Origin: Patescibacteria group bacterium
GTDB lineage: Bacteria; Patescibacteriota; Saccharimonadia; Saccharimonadales; JANWIN01
NCBI GenBank assembly: GCA_035480855.1
Contig: DATIHJ010000008.1
Coordinates: 17,308-81,307, forward strand
DNA length: 64,000 nucleotides
Direction: 5' to 3'
The first letter of the stretch is position 1, and the number at the start of each line of letters is the position of its first letter. Shown one piece after another: positions 48,847 through 58,265 of this stretch. A model generated the notes under the pieces. It was not told where the DNA came from and searched no databases. It was given only the letters and a program-made list of their open reading frames with translations. The translations under genes and the position numbers were made by a program.

Positions 48847-49362
48847 ATGGCAAAAACCAATTTAATCCAAATTGTTGACGAAAATGATAATCCACTTAGG
48901 GCTGCAACTATGCCGGAAACTCATGCCAAAGGTCTAATACATCGCGTTGTAAGAATAATGGTTGAGGATAGCCAGGGCAGAATACTTTTACAGAAAAGGG
49001 CACCAAACATGTCTTGGCCCAACTGTTGGGACAACTCAGCAGCAGGCCACGTAGATGCAGGGGAGGATTATTTGACAGCAGCTAGAAGGGAATTATTTGA
49101 AGAAATTGGCATCAAAACAGATAAGTTAGATGAAATTGGAAAATATTACACACAGGGTAAATACCAATCCCAAATTCACAAAAGATTTAACAATCTATAT
49201 AAGGTAGTCTTGACCGCTATTCCGCAGCAAATGGCGCTGCAAAAAGAGGAAGTGGCGTCAGTAAAATGGTTTTCGCTTAAGGACATAAAGAAACTAATAA
49301 AAGACAAACCAGATAAAGTTACCGATGGTCTTAGAGACGTGATTGAGCGGTTCTACACGTAA
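48847..49362 (+). CDS. NUDIX hydrolase
   Basis: Nudix box GHVDAGEDYLTAARRELFEEIGI. Confidence 0.65.
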   Translation: MAKTNLIQIVDENDNPLRAATMPETHAKGLIHRVVRIMVEDSQGRILLQKRAPNMSWPNCWDNSAAGHVDAGEDYLTAARRELFEEIGIKTDKLDEIGKYYTQGKYQSQIHKRFNNLYKVVLTAIPQQMALQKEEVASVKWFSLKDIKKLIKDKPDKVTDGLRDVIERFYT

Positions 49363-49363
49363 A

Positions 49364-49972
49364 ATGAAGATTACAAGTATCAAACAGCAGGTTAAACGTA
49401 AGGATCGCTATGCTGTTCATGTAGACGGGAAGTATTCGTTTAGCTTGGGTGAGCTAGAACTTATTAACTCTGGGCTCAGGCTTGGGCAGGAACTTAACAA
49501 AACGGAGCTAGAGGAATTAGAAGACAAGGCTAAGCTAGACAAAGCATATGACCGTGCGCTGGGCCTCGTAGCAATCCGCCAGCGTAGTAAGTGGGAAATA
49601 ACAGATTACTTAAAACGCAAAAAGTACGAGCAAGAGGAAATTGAAAATATACTTAACAAGTTAAGCAGGGCAGGTTATGTGGACGATTTAGCTTTTGCGA
49701 CTGCGTGGGTCAATAACAGACGGCTTCTAAAACCCATTAGCAAACGCAAGCTAATCCAGGAGCTGCGCCAAAAGCGAGTATCAAGCGAAATTATTAACCA
49801 AGTCTTGGCAGCTGATGAAACCATCGAGGCAGAGGTTCTGCACGAGCTAGTGGTTAAAAAACGTCAACAAACCAAATACAAGGACGATCTAAAACTTATG
49901 CAGTACCTCTCTCGCCAGGGCTACAACTATGGCGACATTAAAGAGGCTATGCAGGTAGAATCCGAAGATTAA
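49364..49972 (+). CDS. recX: RecA regulator RecX
   Basis: Three-repeat helical RecX architecture (YALRLL-like repeats); ATG at 49364 just after the NUDIX stop. Confidence 0.65.
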   Translation: MKITSIKQQVKRKDRYAVHVDGKYSFSLGELELINSGLRLGQELNKTELEELEDKAKLDKAYDRALGLVAIRQRSKWEITDYLKRKKYEQEEIENILNKLSRAGYVDDLAFATAWVNNRRLLKPISKRKLIQELRQKRVSSEIINQVLAADETIEAEVLHELVVKKRQQTKYKDDLKLMQYLSRQGYNYGDIKEAMQVESED

Positions 49973-50493
49973 CCTATAGCTCCAGCTGTGGCCACAGTTC
50001 CCTGCAGTATGTCTTGGATCACAATTTTGCGGTTGGTAATTTCCACTATTTGTGTACGGTCCACACTCAAGCTGCCACCAGTAAAGCTTTTTATCAGCGA
50101 CTGGCCCACATACAGTTTTTGCACGTACATTGTCTCTGTCTCGACTGCATAGTCGTTCACCTTGCCTATACGCTGTTTGCTAACAGTCAGGACTTGCTTG
50201 CCCATAAGCTCAAAACGCAAATTCATAATGTCTTTAAGTCTTACCAACTCATCTGGCTCACTTAAGACCTCGTGGTCATTCACCACTATGCCTTTTGCTA
50301 TGATGTCGCGGATGTCTTTGTACAAAAGAACCAGCTGCTTTTTTTTGTCTTTTGAGTCCTGACAGTAAAACCCTTCTACCTTCAAGTTGTTAGGGTTGAT
50401 TATAGTCCCGGTAATAACGGCAATTTGCCCGCCCGTACGCAGACTTAAAACAGATTGATTTAGCAGTGATCCACTCAGTCGCAGCATACACAT
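49969..50493 (-). CDS. PRC-barrel-like domain protein (YlmC/YmxH-like), tentative
   Basis: Two repeated G-x-V-x-D-rich beta segments; weak assignment. Confidence 0.3.
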   Translation of the reverse strand: MCMLRLSGSLLNQSVLSLRTGGQIAVITGTIINPNNLKVEGFYCQDSKDKKKQLVLLYKDIRDIIAKGIVVNDHEVLSEPDELVRLKDIMNLRFELMGKQVLTVSKQRIGKVNDYAVETETMYVQKLYVGQSLIKSFTGGSLSVDRTQIVEITNRKIVIQDILQGTVATAGAIG

Positions 50494-50587
50494 AGTATAG
50501 CGCAGCTATATTGGATCGAGTATTCCCTAACCCACCAATGTACTAAAAGCTTGCGAGTTTATAGATCTATAATTACTATACGGGGAT

Positions 50588-51055
50588 ATGAGTATAGGAG
50601 TGACCTGGCAAACGCTTTCAAAAAGCACCGATACAACTGGGCAGATAGGTGTACATCTAGGGAATAATCTGCGAGGCGGCGAGGTGATAGAGCTGGTCAG
50701 CGATTTGGGCGGCGGCAAAACTACGTTTGTACGCGGCCTGGCTCGTGGTTTTGGGAGTTCAGACAAAGTTGCCAGCCCCAGCTTTACTATCAGCAAAGTA
50801 TATAAATCTGGTGAGTCAGAGCTACACCACTTTGATTTTTATAGACTGCATGAAGCCGGCATAGTCGCCCGTGAGCTTGATGAGCTAGTTGGCGACGAGC
50901 ACGTGACTATAGTAGTTGAATGGGCAGATCTAGTTCGCGACGTGCTTCCTACTAGTCGCCTTACTATAAAGTTCAAGACCATTGACGAGGATACACGCCT
51001 GCTTGAGTTTGTTTGTCCAAAGCCACTTGAATACTTGATGGAAAATCTAAAATGA
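50588..51055 (+). CDS. tsaE: tRNA t6A37 biosynthesis ATPase TsaE
   Basis: GEVIELVSDLGGGKTTFVRGLARGFG P-loop region typical of YjeE/TsaE. Confidence 0.8.
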   Translation: MSIGVTWQTLSKSTDTTGQIGVHLGNNLRGGEVIELVSDLGGGKTTFVRGLARGFGSSDKVASPSFTISKVYKSGESELHHFDFYRLHEAGIVARELDELVGDEHVTIVVEWADLVRDVLPTSRLTIKFKTIDEDTRLLEFVCPKPLEYLMENLK

Positions 51056-51450
51056 AAATCCTAACCATTCGCACAGATAAACCAGAAGCAGAAATTGGCC
51101 TGTTTGAAGATAGCAAAAAACTCTCCTACAAGACTTGGCCCGCCCACCGTCAATTAGCCGAAACCCTCCATACTCAAATTGAACAACTTTTATCCACGCA
51201 TAATCTGAGCATGCAAAAAGAAGGCTTAGAGGGACTGGTCTGTTTTAGGGGACCGGGCAGCTTTACAGGACTCAGGATTGGGCTGACTGTGGCAAATACT
51301 CTAGCTTATAGCCTTAACATTCCAATTGTTGGCGGCATGGGTGATAACTGGATTGATGAAGGAATTCGGGAGCTAAAAGAAGGTAAAAACGAGCAAGTTG
51401 TTATGCCCGAATATGGCAGTGAACCTCACATTACAAAACCTCGCAAATAA
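51052..51450 (+). CDS. tsaB: tRNA t6A37 biosynthesis protein TsaB (YeaZ-like, short)
   Basis: Kae1/YgjD-like N-terminal half (GPGSFTGLRIGLTVANTLAY) without metal-binding His pair; coupled to tsaE. Confidence 0.7.
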   Translation: MKILTIRTDKPEAEIGLFEDSKKLSYKTWPAHRQLAETLHTQIEQLLSTHNLSMQKEGLEGLVCFRGPGSFTGLRIGLTVANTLAYSLNIPIVGGMGDNWIDEGIRELKEGKNEQVVMPEYGSEPHITKPRK

Positions 51451-51626
51451 CCGCAAGCATTTGACCGGGACACAAAAAAAAGCGTATAGTATGCCTTAGG
51501 ATTTGACTCTGTTTTGGGACCAGGTCCAACGTTCTGACATTTTTTATTTATTTTGATATTCAGATGGTGTGAGTGGCTAATGAAGTGATAGTGATGCCGC
51601 CTATCCAATCTGGCATAGGAGGATAT

Positions 51627-53141
51627 ATGGATCCAATTACCATTGTATTGGCCGTTGTAGGCATTGGCGCTGGTTTTGGCGCAAGCACGGTTATAACCAA
51701 AAAGAAACTAGGCTCAGCTGAGGATGCAGCCAAAAAAGAACTAGCCAAGGCCAAGAAAGACGGAGACAAGCTAGTGGCCGAAGCCCGGGAAAAAGCAGCC
51801 GATATTGCAGAAACAGCTCGCAAAGATGACCAGACACGTAGGCGCGAACAAAAAGATATGGAATCCCGGCTAATTTCCCGTGAGGAAACAATAGACAAAA
51901 AACTTGACGATCTAGACAAGCGCAGTGATCGTTTGCGCAAGGGCGAAGATGAGGTAGAAAGCCTCAAAAATGAAATCCGCGATATTCGCAAAAAACAGCA
52001 AGACAAGTTAGAGAAAATTGCCAAGCTAACTAAAGAAGATGCTGCAGACAAACTTATGAAGATGACCGAGCGCGACATCAAGGGCGACCTAACAGGCCTA
52101 GTCGCAAAAATGCAAACTGAAGCCAAAGAAAATGCAGAAGAAACAGCTGGCGCTATCATAGTTGGCGCTATGGAGCGTATGGCTAGCGAGGTTACAGCTG
52201 AGCGCACAGTCACGGCCGTAAAGCTTGAGGACGAGGAAATGAAGGGTCGGATTATTGGTAAAGAGGGCCGCAACATTCAGGCTTTGCAAAGAGCTACTGG
52301 TGTAGACATTTTGGTAGACGACACCCCCGGCATGATCATACTCAGTTCGTTTGATCCTGTACGCCGCGAGGTTGCTCGCCAAGCCCTAGAGATGTTACTC
52401 AAGGATGGCCGTGTGCACCCGGGCCGTATCGAAGAAATTGTAGAAAAAGCCCAAAACAACGTGCAAAAAGATGTTATGCGCGCTGGCGAAGATGCTGCCC
52501 GTGAGGTTGGCATCATTGGTATTCCTAAAGAAATTTTACAGCTACTTGGCGAGTTAAAATACCGCACCAGCTATGGCCAAAACGTGCTGAAGCACTCTAC
52601 TGAAATGGCTCATATTGCCGGAATCATAGCCGAGGAAGTTGGTGCCAATGTAAAGACCACTAAATACGCTGCTCTAGTACACGACCTTGGCAAGGCTCTA
52701 ACGCACAAAATTGAAGGCAAGCACCATCACATTAGTGGCGAGATGCTTAGAAAATACGGGGCTCCGGAAGAAGTTGCCCACGCAGCCGAAGCCCATCACG
52801 ACGACATGGAAGCTACCACTACAGAAGCTCTGATTGTCCGCGTAGTAGATGCCATTAGTGCATCTCGTCCAGGTGCAAGAAATATTAGTGCAGAGAACTT
52901 TGCTGAGCGCATGAAAGACCTAGAAAATGTTGCTAACGGCTTTGATGGAATAGAAAAATCTTATGCTATTAGCGCTGGCCGTGAAGTAAGAGTCTTTGTT
53001 CGCCCAGTAGACATTGACGATCTAGCAGCTATAAAGCTTGCTCGCGACATTGCTACTAAGATAGAGAGCACCATGCAGTACCCAGGAACCATTAAGGTCA
53101 ACGTCATCCGTGAAACACGTGCAGTAGAGTTCGCCAAGTAA
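51627..53141 (+). CDS. rny: ribonuclease Y
   Basis: N-terminal transmembrane helix, long coiled coil, KH domain (GKEGRNIQALQRATGVDI) and HD domain; GGAGG Shine-Dalgarno before the ATG at 51627. Confidence 0.85.
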   Translation: MDPITIVLAVVGIGAGFGASTVITKKKLGSAEDAAKKELAKAKKDGDKLVAEAREKAADIAETARKDDQTRRREQKDMESRLISREETIDKKLDDLDKRSDRLRKGEDEVESLKNEIRDIRKKQQDKLEKIAKLTKEDAADKLMKMTERDIKGDLTGLVAKMQTEAKENAEETAGAIIVGAMERMASEVTAERTVTAVKLEDEEMKGRIIGKEGRNIQALQRATGVDILVDDTPGMIILSSFDPVRREVARQALEMLLKDGRVHPGRIEEIVEKAQNNVQKDVMRAGEDAAREVGIIGIPKEILQLLGELKYRTSYGQNVLKHSTEMAHIAGIIAEEVGANVKTTKYAALVHDLGKALTHKIEGKHHHISGEMLRKYGAPEEVAHAAEAHHDDMEATTTEALIVRVVDAISASRPGARNISAENFAERMKDLENVANGFDGIEKSYAISAGREVRVFVRPVDIDDLAAIKLARDIATKIESTMQYPGTIKVNVIRETRAVEFAK

Positions 53142-53151
53142 TACAAGCGGC

Positions 53152-53682
53152 ATGCAAGTAATATTCGAAGCCCATTCTACAACTCTTGATAATGAAGCCA
53201 ATCATGCATCTGGCTGGAACGACGTTGAATTGTCCCAAACAGGAATTGAACAGGCAAAAGAGCTTAGTAAGCGGTATAATCTAGCCGATTTTGATGCAGT
53301 GTTTACATCTGATTTGCAAAGAGCGTATGAAACAGCGCGTATTGCATTCCCTAAAATTGATTCGAAAAAGCTATTTATAGATTGGCGACTTCGTGAGTGT
53401 AATTATGGTGATCTGGAACAGAGTCCAAAAGATGAACTGGATAACAGAAAGCTAGATTATGTAACCAAACCATTCCCAGGAGGCGAAAGCTATGCTGACG
53501 CCATGCAGCGGATGAAAAGCTTCATAGATGATCTGAGAGAAATGCCATATAAAAACGTCATTATTTTTGGCAGCAGGGCAACACATTATGGCCTAGATGT
53601 TTGGATTGATGGTAAAAGCATTGAGGACTGTTTAAATCATAAATTTAGCTGGCAGCCTGGATGGCACTATGAGTTACAATAA
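53152..53682 (+). CDS. histidine phosphatase superfamily (phosphoglycerate-mutase-like) protein with variant active-site motif
   Basis: Aligns to the branch-1 N-terminus, but the RHG motif reads AHS (FEAHSTTLDNEANHASGWNDVELSQTG); C-terminal His retained (ATHYG). Confidence 0.5.
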   Translation: MQVIFEAHSTTLDNEANHASGWNDVELSQTGIEQAKELSKRYNLADFDAVFTSDLQRAYETARIAFPKIDSKKLFIDWRLRECNYGDLEQSPKDELDNRKLDYVTKPFPGGESYADAMQRMKSFIDDLREMPYKNVIIFGSRATHYGLDVWIDGKSIEDCLNHKFSWQPGWHYELQ

Positions 53683-53884
53683 ATCTATGACAGAGCTTCC
53701 AAAGCCTATTATTACTCCTCCCAAACCACGGTTTGCAGAACCCCTAATTTTAACGGCTGTTGGACTTTTGTTGCTGGGCGTAATTATTGTAATAATCGGC
53801 AAGGTGGTTATGCTCGGTATTCTTGCAATTATTGGCGGGGTTTTTAGTCTTGGTGTTCATGTAGCCAAAAACTACAAATTTTAG
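53669..53884 (+). CDS. small membrane protein
   Basis: 71 aa with two hydrophobic helices. Confidence 0.35.
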   Translation: MSYNKSMTELPKPIITPPKPRFAEPLILTAVGLLLLGVIIVIIGKVVMLGILAIIGGVFSLGVHVAKNYKF

Positions 53885-53886
53885 AA

Positions 53887-54681
53887 ATGAATATTCTATA
53901 CATCGGCGACATTATGGGTGAGCCAGGTATTGATGTGGTTGGCCAGGTTTTGCCTGATCTCAAACAAGATAAGCAAATTGACATTGTAATTGCACAGGCA
54001 GAGAACGTAAGCGCAGGCAAAGGTATGACAGCGGCAGACATGAAGCGATTACAAGATGTCGGTGTGGATTTTTTTACAGGCGGCAATCATACACCTAAGC
54101 TCGATGAGCTAATGCCACTACTTGAAGACTCTAATAAACCAGTGATTGGACCTGCCAACATGCCTACTAGCGCAGGCAAGGGTTGGAAATATTACCAGAG
54201 CAAACAGGGCCCAGTGCTAGTAATTTCTTTACTTGGAGAAACATTTGGCCATGCCAAAGTGGACTACGACAATCCGCTTAAAGCAATTGATAAAATTTTG
54301 TCAGACAATCAGGGCAAACAGAGGGTTGCTACTATCCTAAACTTTCATGGAGATTACAGTAGCGAAAAGGTAATAATGGGCTACTACCTGGACGGCAAAG
54401 TTACGGCCGTAATTGGCGACCATTGGCACACACCGACGGCTGACGCCATGGTCCTGCCCGGAGGCACAGCCCACATCACAGATGTAGGCATGTGCGGAGT
54501 ACTGCATTCAAGCCTGGGCGTTAAACTTGAATCTGTAATACCTCGTTGGCACGATGGTGTAGTCAATAAAAACGAACTTGCTACAGACAAACCCTGGCAA
54601 TTTAATGCAGCATTAATAGAATCAGACAATCAAACAGGACTCGCAAAAGCCATTTCTCTAATTCAAAAACAAGTTGATTAG
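53887..54681 (+). CDS. ymdB: YmdB-family metallophosphoesterase (2',3'-cNMP phosphodiesterase-like)
   Basis: MNILYIGDIMGEPG...AENVSAGKG...GNHT is collinear with B. subtilis YmdB (MKILFIGDVVGSPG...ENAAHGKG...GNHT); conserved rny neighbourhood. Confidence 0.75.
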   Translation: MNILYIGDIMGEPGIDVVGQVLPDLKQDKQIDIVIAQAENVSAGKGMTAADMKRLQDVGVDFFTGGNHTPKLDELMPLLEDSNKPVIGPANMPTSAGKGWKYYQSKQGPVLVISLLGETFGHAKVDYDNPLKAIDKILSDNQGKQRVATILNFHGDYSSEKVIMGYYLDGKVTAVIGDHWHTPTADAMVLPGGTAHITDVGMCGVLHSSLGVKLESVIPRWHDGVVNKNELATDKPWQFNAALIESDNQTGLAKAISLIQKQVD

Positions 54682-54685
54682 ATTT

Positions 54686-54874
54686 TTAGGTTTCTTTGGT
54701 GCCGTTGAAACCGATGGCGGCTACAATCACGCTACCTACCATATTGATCAACACTACTTTAAAAGCTGGTGTGTCACGATTGATTGCTAGCAGCACTGCG
54801 CTACCTAGCCAAATGGTGGCAATTACACCCGCTGTGTAGGGATACTTTATGAAAAACATGAATTCTTTAAACAT
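54686..54874 (-). CDS. small two-helix membrane protein upstream partner of the UbiB-like kinase
   Basis: 62 aa; overlaps the start region of the kinase gene; a paralogue exists at 56417..56575. Confidence 0.4.
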   Translation of the reverse strand: MFKEFMFFIKYPYTAGVIATIWLGSAVLLAINRDTPAFKVVLINMVGSVIVAAIGFNGTKET

Positions 54875-56414
54875 GGCTTCTCTCCTTGGTCTTAGACCTG
54901 CCTGTCTTTAGTTTAATACGTCCCATCAGTTCTTGGAAGAGCTTGGGGTCACGTACGGCCACTCGCTCTAACCAATTGCTTACAATCTCTATTGCCCTAT
55001 TAACACCCATAGTGTTTGTAGGCGGTTCCAATAGCTCGGGATGAGTTATAGCTGCTTGCTCTACTACATGCCTGAATACGGAAGGCAAGACGGTCTCACG
55101 TCTGCCCAGCGTTTCGATTAGTGTCAGGTAGGTCTGTGAAGCACGCAGGATTTCTGAAGACTCAATCTTAACCACAAACCCAAAGCGATTTCCTTGGTTT
55201 ACGGTCTTATTAATAATCTGCATAATTTTGCCGTTTTCAAGCATAGGGCGGATATCATCTGTGCCAGCCACGCGACTAAAAGCTTCCTGTGCCACTTTGC
55301 CTACTTCTTTAGTAAAGTTGGCATTATCAGCCAGCTTGTCTGGGTTAAAGGTGGCTAGTTTTTCTAGTGCCCAATACAGATCGCTAACAAAAAAGCGGAT
55401 AAATTGCTCAAACAGCGTGGCTACATCTTGCTCGCCTTGATACATGCGGTTCCATTCTTTTAAAATGCCATAAAAAGCTGACTTGTTTGAGGGACTAGTA
55501 GCTGAGATACCAAAGTCGATTAGGCCAACACGGTTACCTGTCATCAGACGAACATTGCCGGGGTGAGGATCGCCTTGTATGCGTGGCAGGTTAAACACAC
55601 CATTCAGCATTTCGTACCCAAGCGTAAATAATTGTTGATCCAGGTCTGAACCTAGCGTTTCGTGCACATAGGTTTTAGGGTCAACACCTTGTTCTTGCAG
55701 TTTAATGAGTTGGGCGGCTGATACGCCCTCTACATAATCCTGGACAATTATGTGGTCAGTGCATAGATCTGTGTAGGTTTTGGGGATAACCAGACCAGGA
55801 TGATCTTTATAAGCTTCATAAAGTTCGTTAGCAAAGGCAGCCTCGGCAATATAGTCGGTCTCACGCAAGGTAGCTACCCTAAACTCCCGGATAACATCAT
55901 TAATGTTTGCCTCCATGCTATAGGTCCGCGCAAAGAAGCTTTTGCTAAAGTTGCTAAGCAGTTTGAGGTCATAGCGCAGCAATTCGCGGATCATAGGCCG
56001 CAGCACCTTGATAATAATGGCTTGACCATTAGTTAGCTGGCCATAATACACTTGCCCAAAACTACCGGCTGCAAATGGCTGGGGCTGAACTAGAGCAATT
56101 TGTGATAACTGGGCGGGTCCAAGCTCGTGCTTTAGAATTTCAGAAATATCTAGAGGTTCAATGTCTACCGTTTCAAATATCTTCATTTTGTCTGGGTTTT
56201 GCCATTGTTTGACCATGGCACTTTGCAGCATAACCCCCTGTAAAAACTTAATGTATACGCCACCGAAGCTCACAAACTCCTCGCATACAAGAGTGCTCAT
56301 TTCTTCATAACGCTTACGACGGTGCAGGTAATATACACGCGTCAGTAACTTAGCGAGGCGGGCAGTACGCCGCCGCTTGATGGCGGCAATAGAGGATTTA
56401 GTCCTGGTTGCCAT
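54867..56414 (-). CDS. UbiB/ABC1-family atypical protein kinase, copy A
   Basis: ABC1/AarF kinase-like core (IIKVLRP, GDPHPGN catalytic loop, IDFG); 515 aa. Confidence 0.8.
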   Translation of the reverse strand: MATRTKSSIAAIKRRRTARLAKLLTRVYYLHRRKRYEEMSTLVCEEFVSFGGVYIKFLQGVMLQSAMVKQWQNPDKMKIFETVDIEPLDISEILKHELGPAQLSQIALVQPQPFAAGSFGQVYYGQLTNGQAIIIKVLRPMIRELLRYDLKLLSNFSKSFFARTYSMEANINDVIREFRVATLRETDYIAEAAFANELYEAYKDHPGLVIPKTYTDLCTDHIIVQDYVEGVSAAQLIKLQEQGVDPKTYVHETLGSDLDQQLFTLGYEMLNGVFNLPRIQGDPHPGNVRLMTGNRVGLIDFGISATSPSNKSAFYGILKEWNRMYQGEQDVATLFEQFIRFFVSDLYWALEKLATFNPDKLADNANFTKEVGKVAQEAFSRVAGTDDIRPMLENGKIMQIINKTVNQGNRFGFVVKIESSEILRASQTYLTLIETLGRRETVLPSVFRHVVEQAAITHPELLEPPTNTMGVNRAIEIVSNWLERVAVRDPKLFQELMGRIKLKTGRSKTKERSHV

Positions 56415-56416
56415 AA

Positions 56417-56575
56417 CTATTTTTTAGAGAAACCAATAAGGAACAATACAATCGTAGAGAACATCACTACTACGTAAAGTTCAAATATCTCATTTGCGTT
56501 GCTGCGGGTAATGGCTATTAAAATAGCAGCCACCCAAATTAGCAAGATTGTAAGGAACACAGAAATATACTTCAT
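56417..56575 (-). CDS. small two-helix membrane protein (paralogue of 54686..54874), hand-called
   Basis: Hand translation MKYISVFLTILLIWVAAILIAITRSNANEIFELYVVVMFSTIVLFLIGFSKK; same position relative to the kinase gene as 54686..54874. Confidence 0.35.
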   Translation of the reverse strand: MKYISVFLTILLIWVAAILIAITRSNANEIFELYVVVMFSTIVLFLIGFSKK

Positions 56576-56599
56576 ATTGTTATAACTATCTCACTTTTA

Positions 56600-58114
56600 T
56601 TAGTTTTTAGCAAGCTCTTTATCCTTTACGCCCTGCCTAATTAACCCCTGGATGGTACGGAACAATGCGCCGTCACGCTCAGCCACTCTCTCTAGCCAGC
56701 GGCTAACAATTTCCAGAGCTTGGTCAATAGACAGGGGATTGGCCATAGGACGGGTAATAGACGGGTCAAATTCTTTCATATCTGCCACAACGGCACTATA
56801 TACGGGGGCAATTAGGTGAAAGGCATCTAGCGAAGTAGCTAGGGTATGGTAGGTCTGAGCCGCTCTCAGCACATCAGCGTTTTTGAGATGGGCAACTATA
56901 CCAAAACGGTTAGACCGGTTAACTGTTTTATTTATGGTAGCGCCAATAAAGGCATCATGTTTAGTATTTGCAAATTCCTGTGGATCGTTTGTGTCAAAAA
57001 AGACTTTGTTGATATGTGTTTTAAGTTTGCTAACAATGTCGTACTTATTCTTGGTATAGGTGTCGATCGCCTCCAGCGCATAAAACAAGTCGGTCTGGTA
57101 GAGTCGCACATATTCCAAAAACATATCGGCTGGCTGAGCTTTGCCTTGGGTGGCTTTATCGAACTGCTCCAGGAATTTGTAGAGAACATAGGGTTGAGCT
57201 GGCTTTTCGACAGTGATGCCAAAATCTAGCATGCCAACCTTGTTGTCAGGCAGTAGGCGGACATTACCTGGGTGGAGGTCGCCATGAGTAATACCTTTGG
57301 TAAATAAACTGCTAAAGAACTTGTAGCCGAGGCTAGCTATTTGTTCTTCCAAGTCAGAGCCAGTCCGCTCACGTACAATTCGGCGCATGGACACGCCATC
57401 TTTAGTACTGGCAATTAGATCTGCCACAGACAACCCACCAATGTATTCTTGTACCAAAATTTGTGAAGTACAAAGATCACTATACGTTTTGGGAATAACA
57501 ATTTGCGGATCGTCTTTAAACGCTTCATACATACGTTCCGCAGCCTTAGCTTCATTGATGTAATCAGTTTCGCGCATAGTAGTATCAAACACATAGCGCA
57601 CACCAGCCTTCATATTGGCATCAAGCGTGGTAACCGTTTTGATAAAAAACCAGCCAAACCGTCCTAGTATTTTGGTGTCATAGCGCAAGGTCTCCCGAAT
57701 AAAGGGTCTCAGCACCTTTATGATCACTTGCTCGCCGCTACTAAGTTCACCAAGATAAACTTGGCCAAAACTACCGGCCGCAAATGGTACCCGGCTGATC
57801 ATTTTGAACTGATTGGCCCGCTCACCCAGCTGATGATTTACTAAGACGTAAATATCTATTGGGTCGGGGTCTAGGTTTTCAAAAATCTTGTAGCGGTTAG
57901 CCTCTAGCCAATTCTGGAATTGCGAGCTCTGCAATAGCACACCTTGTAGGAACTTTACATATATACCGCCCAGTTTCACGAAACTATCGCAAATGCAGCC
58001 AAACATGGCATCTTTGTCACCTTTAGCGTAGTAGCGTGTAACTTTAGCAATAGTTTTAGCAATAGTTTTGCGACGCTGGTATTTGATTCGTCTAATTTCG
58101 CGGCGGGCATTCAT
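56600..58114 (-). CDS. UbiB/ABC1-family atypical protein kinase, copy B
   Basis: Collinear paralogue of copy A (IIKVLRP, GDLHPGN, LDFG); 504 aa. Confidence 0.8.
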   Translation of the reverse strand: MNARREIRRIKYQRRKTIAKTIAKVTRYYAKGDKDAMFGCICDSFVKLGGIYVKFLQGVLLQSSQFQNWLEANRYKIFENLDPDPIDIYVLVNHQLGERANQFKMISRVPFAAGSFGQVYLGELSSGEQVIIKVLRPFIRETLRYDTKILGRFGWFFIKTVTTLDANMKAGVRYVFDTTMRETDYINEAKAAERMYEAFKDDPQIVIPKTYSDLCTSQILVQEYIGGLSVADLIASTKDGVSMRRIVRERTGSDLEEQIASLGYKFFSSLFTKGITHGDLHPGNVRLLPDNKVGMLDFGITVEKPAQPYVLYKFLEQFDKATQGKAQPADMFLEYVRLYQTDLFYALEAIDTYTKNKYDIVSKLKTHINKVFFDTNDPQEFANTKHDAFIGATINKTVNRSNRFGIVAHLKNADVLRAAQTYHTLATSLDAFHLIAPVYSAVVADMKEFDPSITRPMANPLSIDQALEIVSRWLERVAERDGALFRTIQGLIRQGVKDKELAKN

Positions 58115-58265
58115 GCCCTTATTATCTCACCTCTTGCAAGACATAGGTAGCTAAGCATAAGGATAACCATAAAACTCTGTAGGCTAAATAAACATACCAT
58201 TGACATTAATTGTCTTTATCAATAAGCTTAAGTTAAATTGAATAACAGGTAAGTTAATACTACCA

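Noticed and set aside
51560-52276. 238-aa minus-strand ORF overlapping rny
   Set aside because: It is antisense to the RNase Y coiled-coil region, and its Ser/Leu/Arg-rich low-complexity product is a spurious frame.
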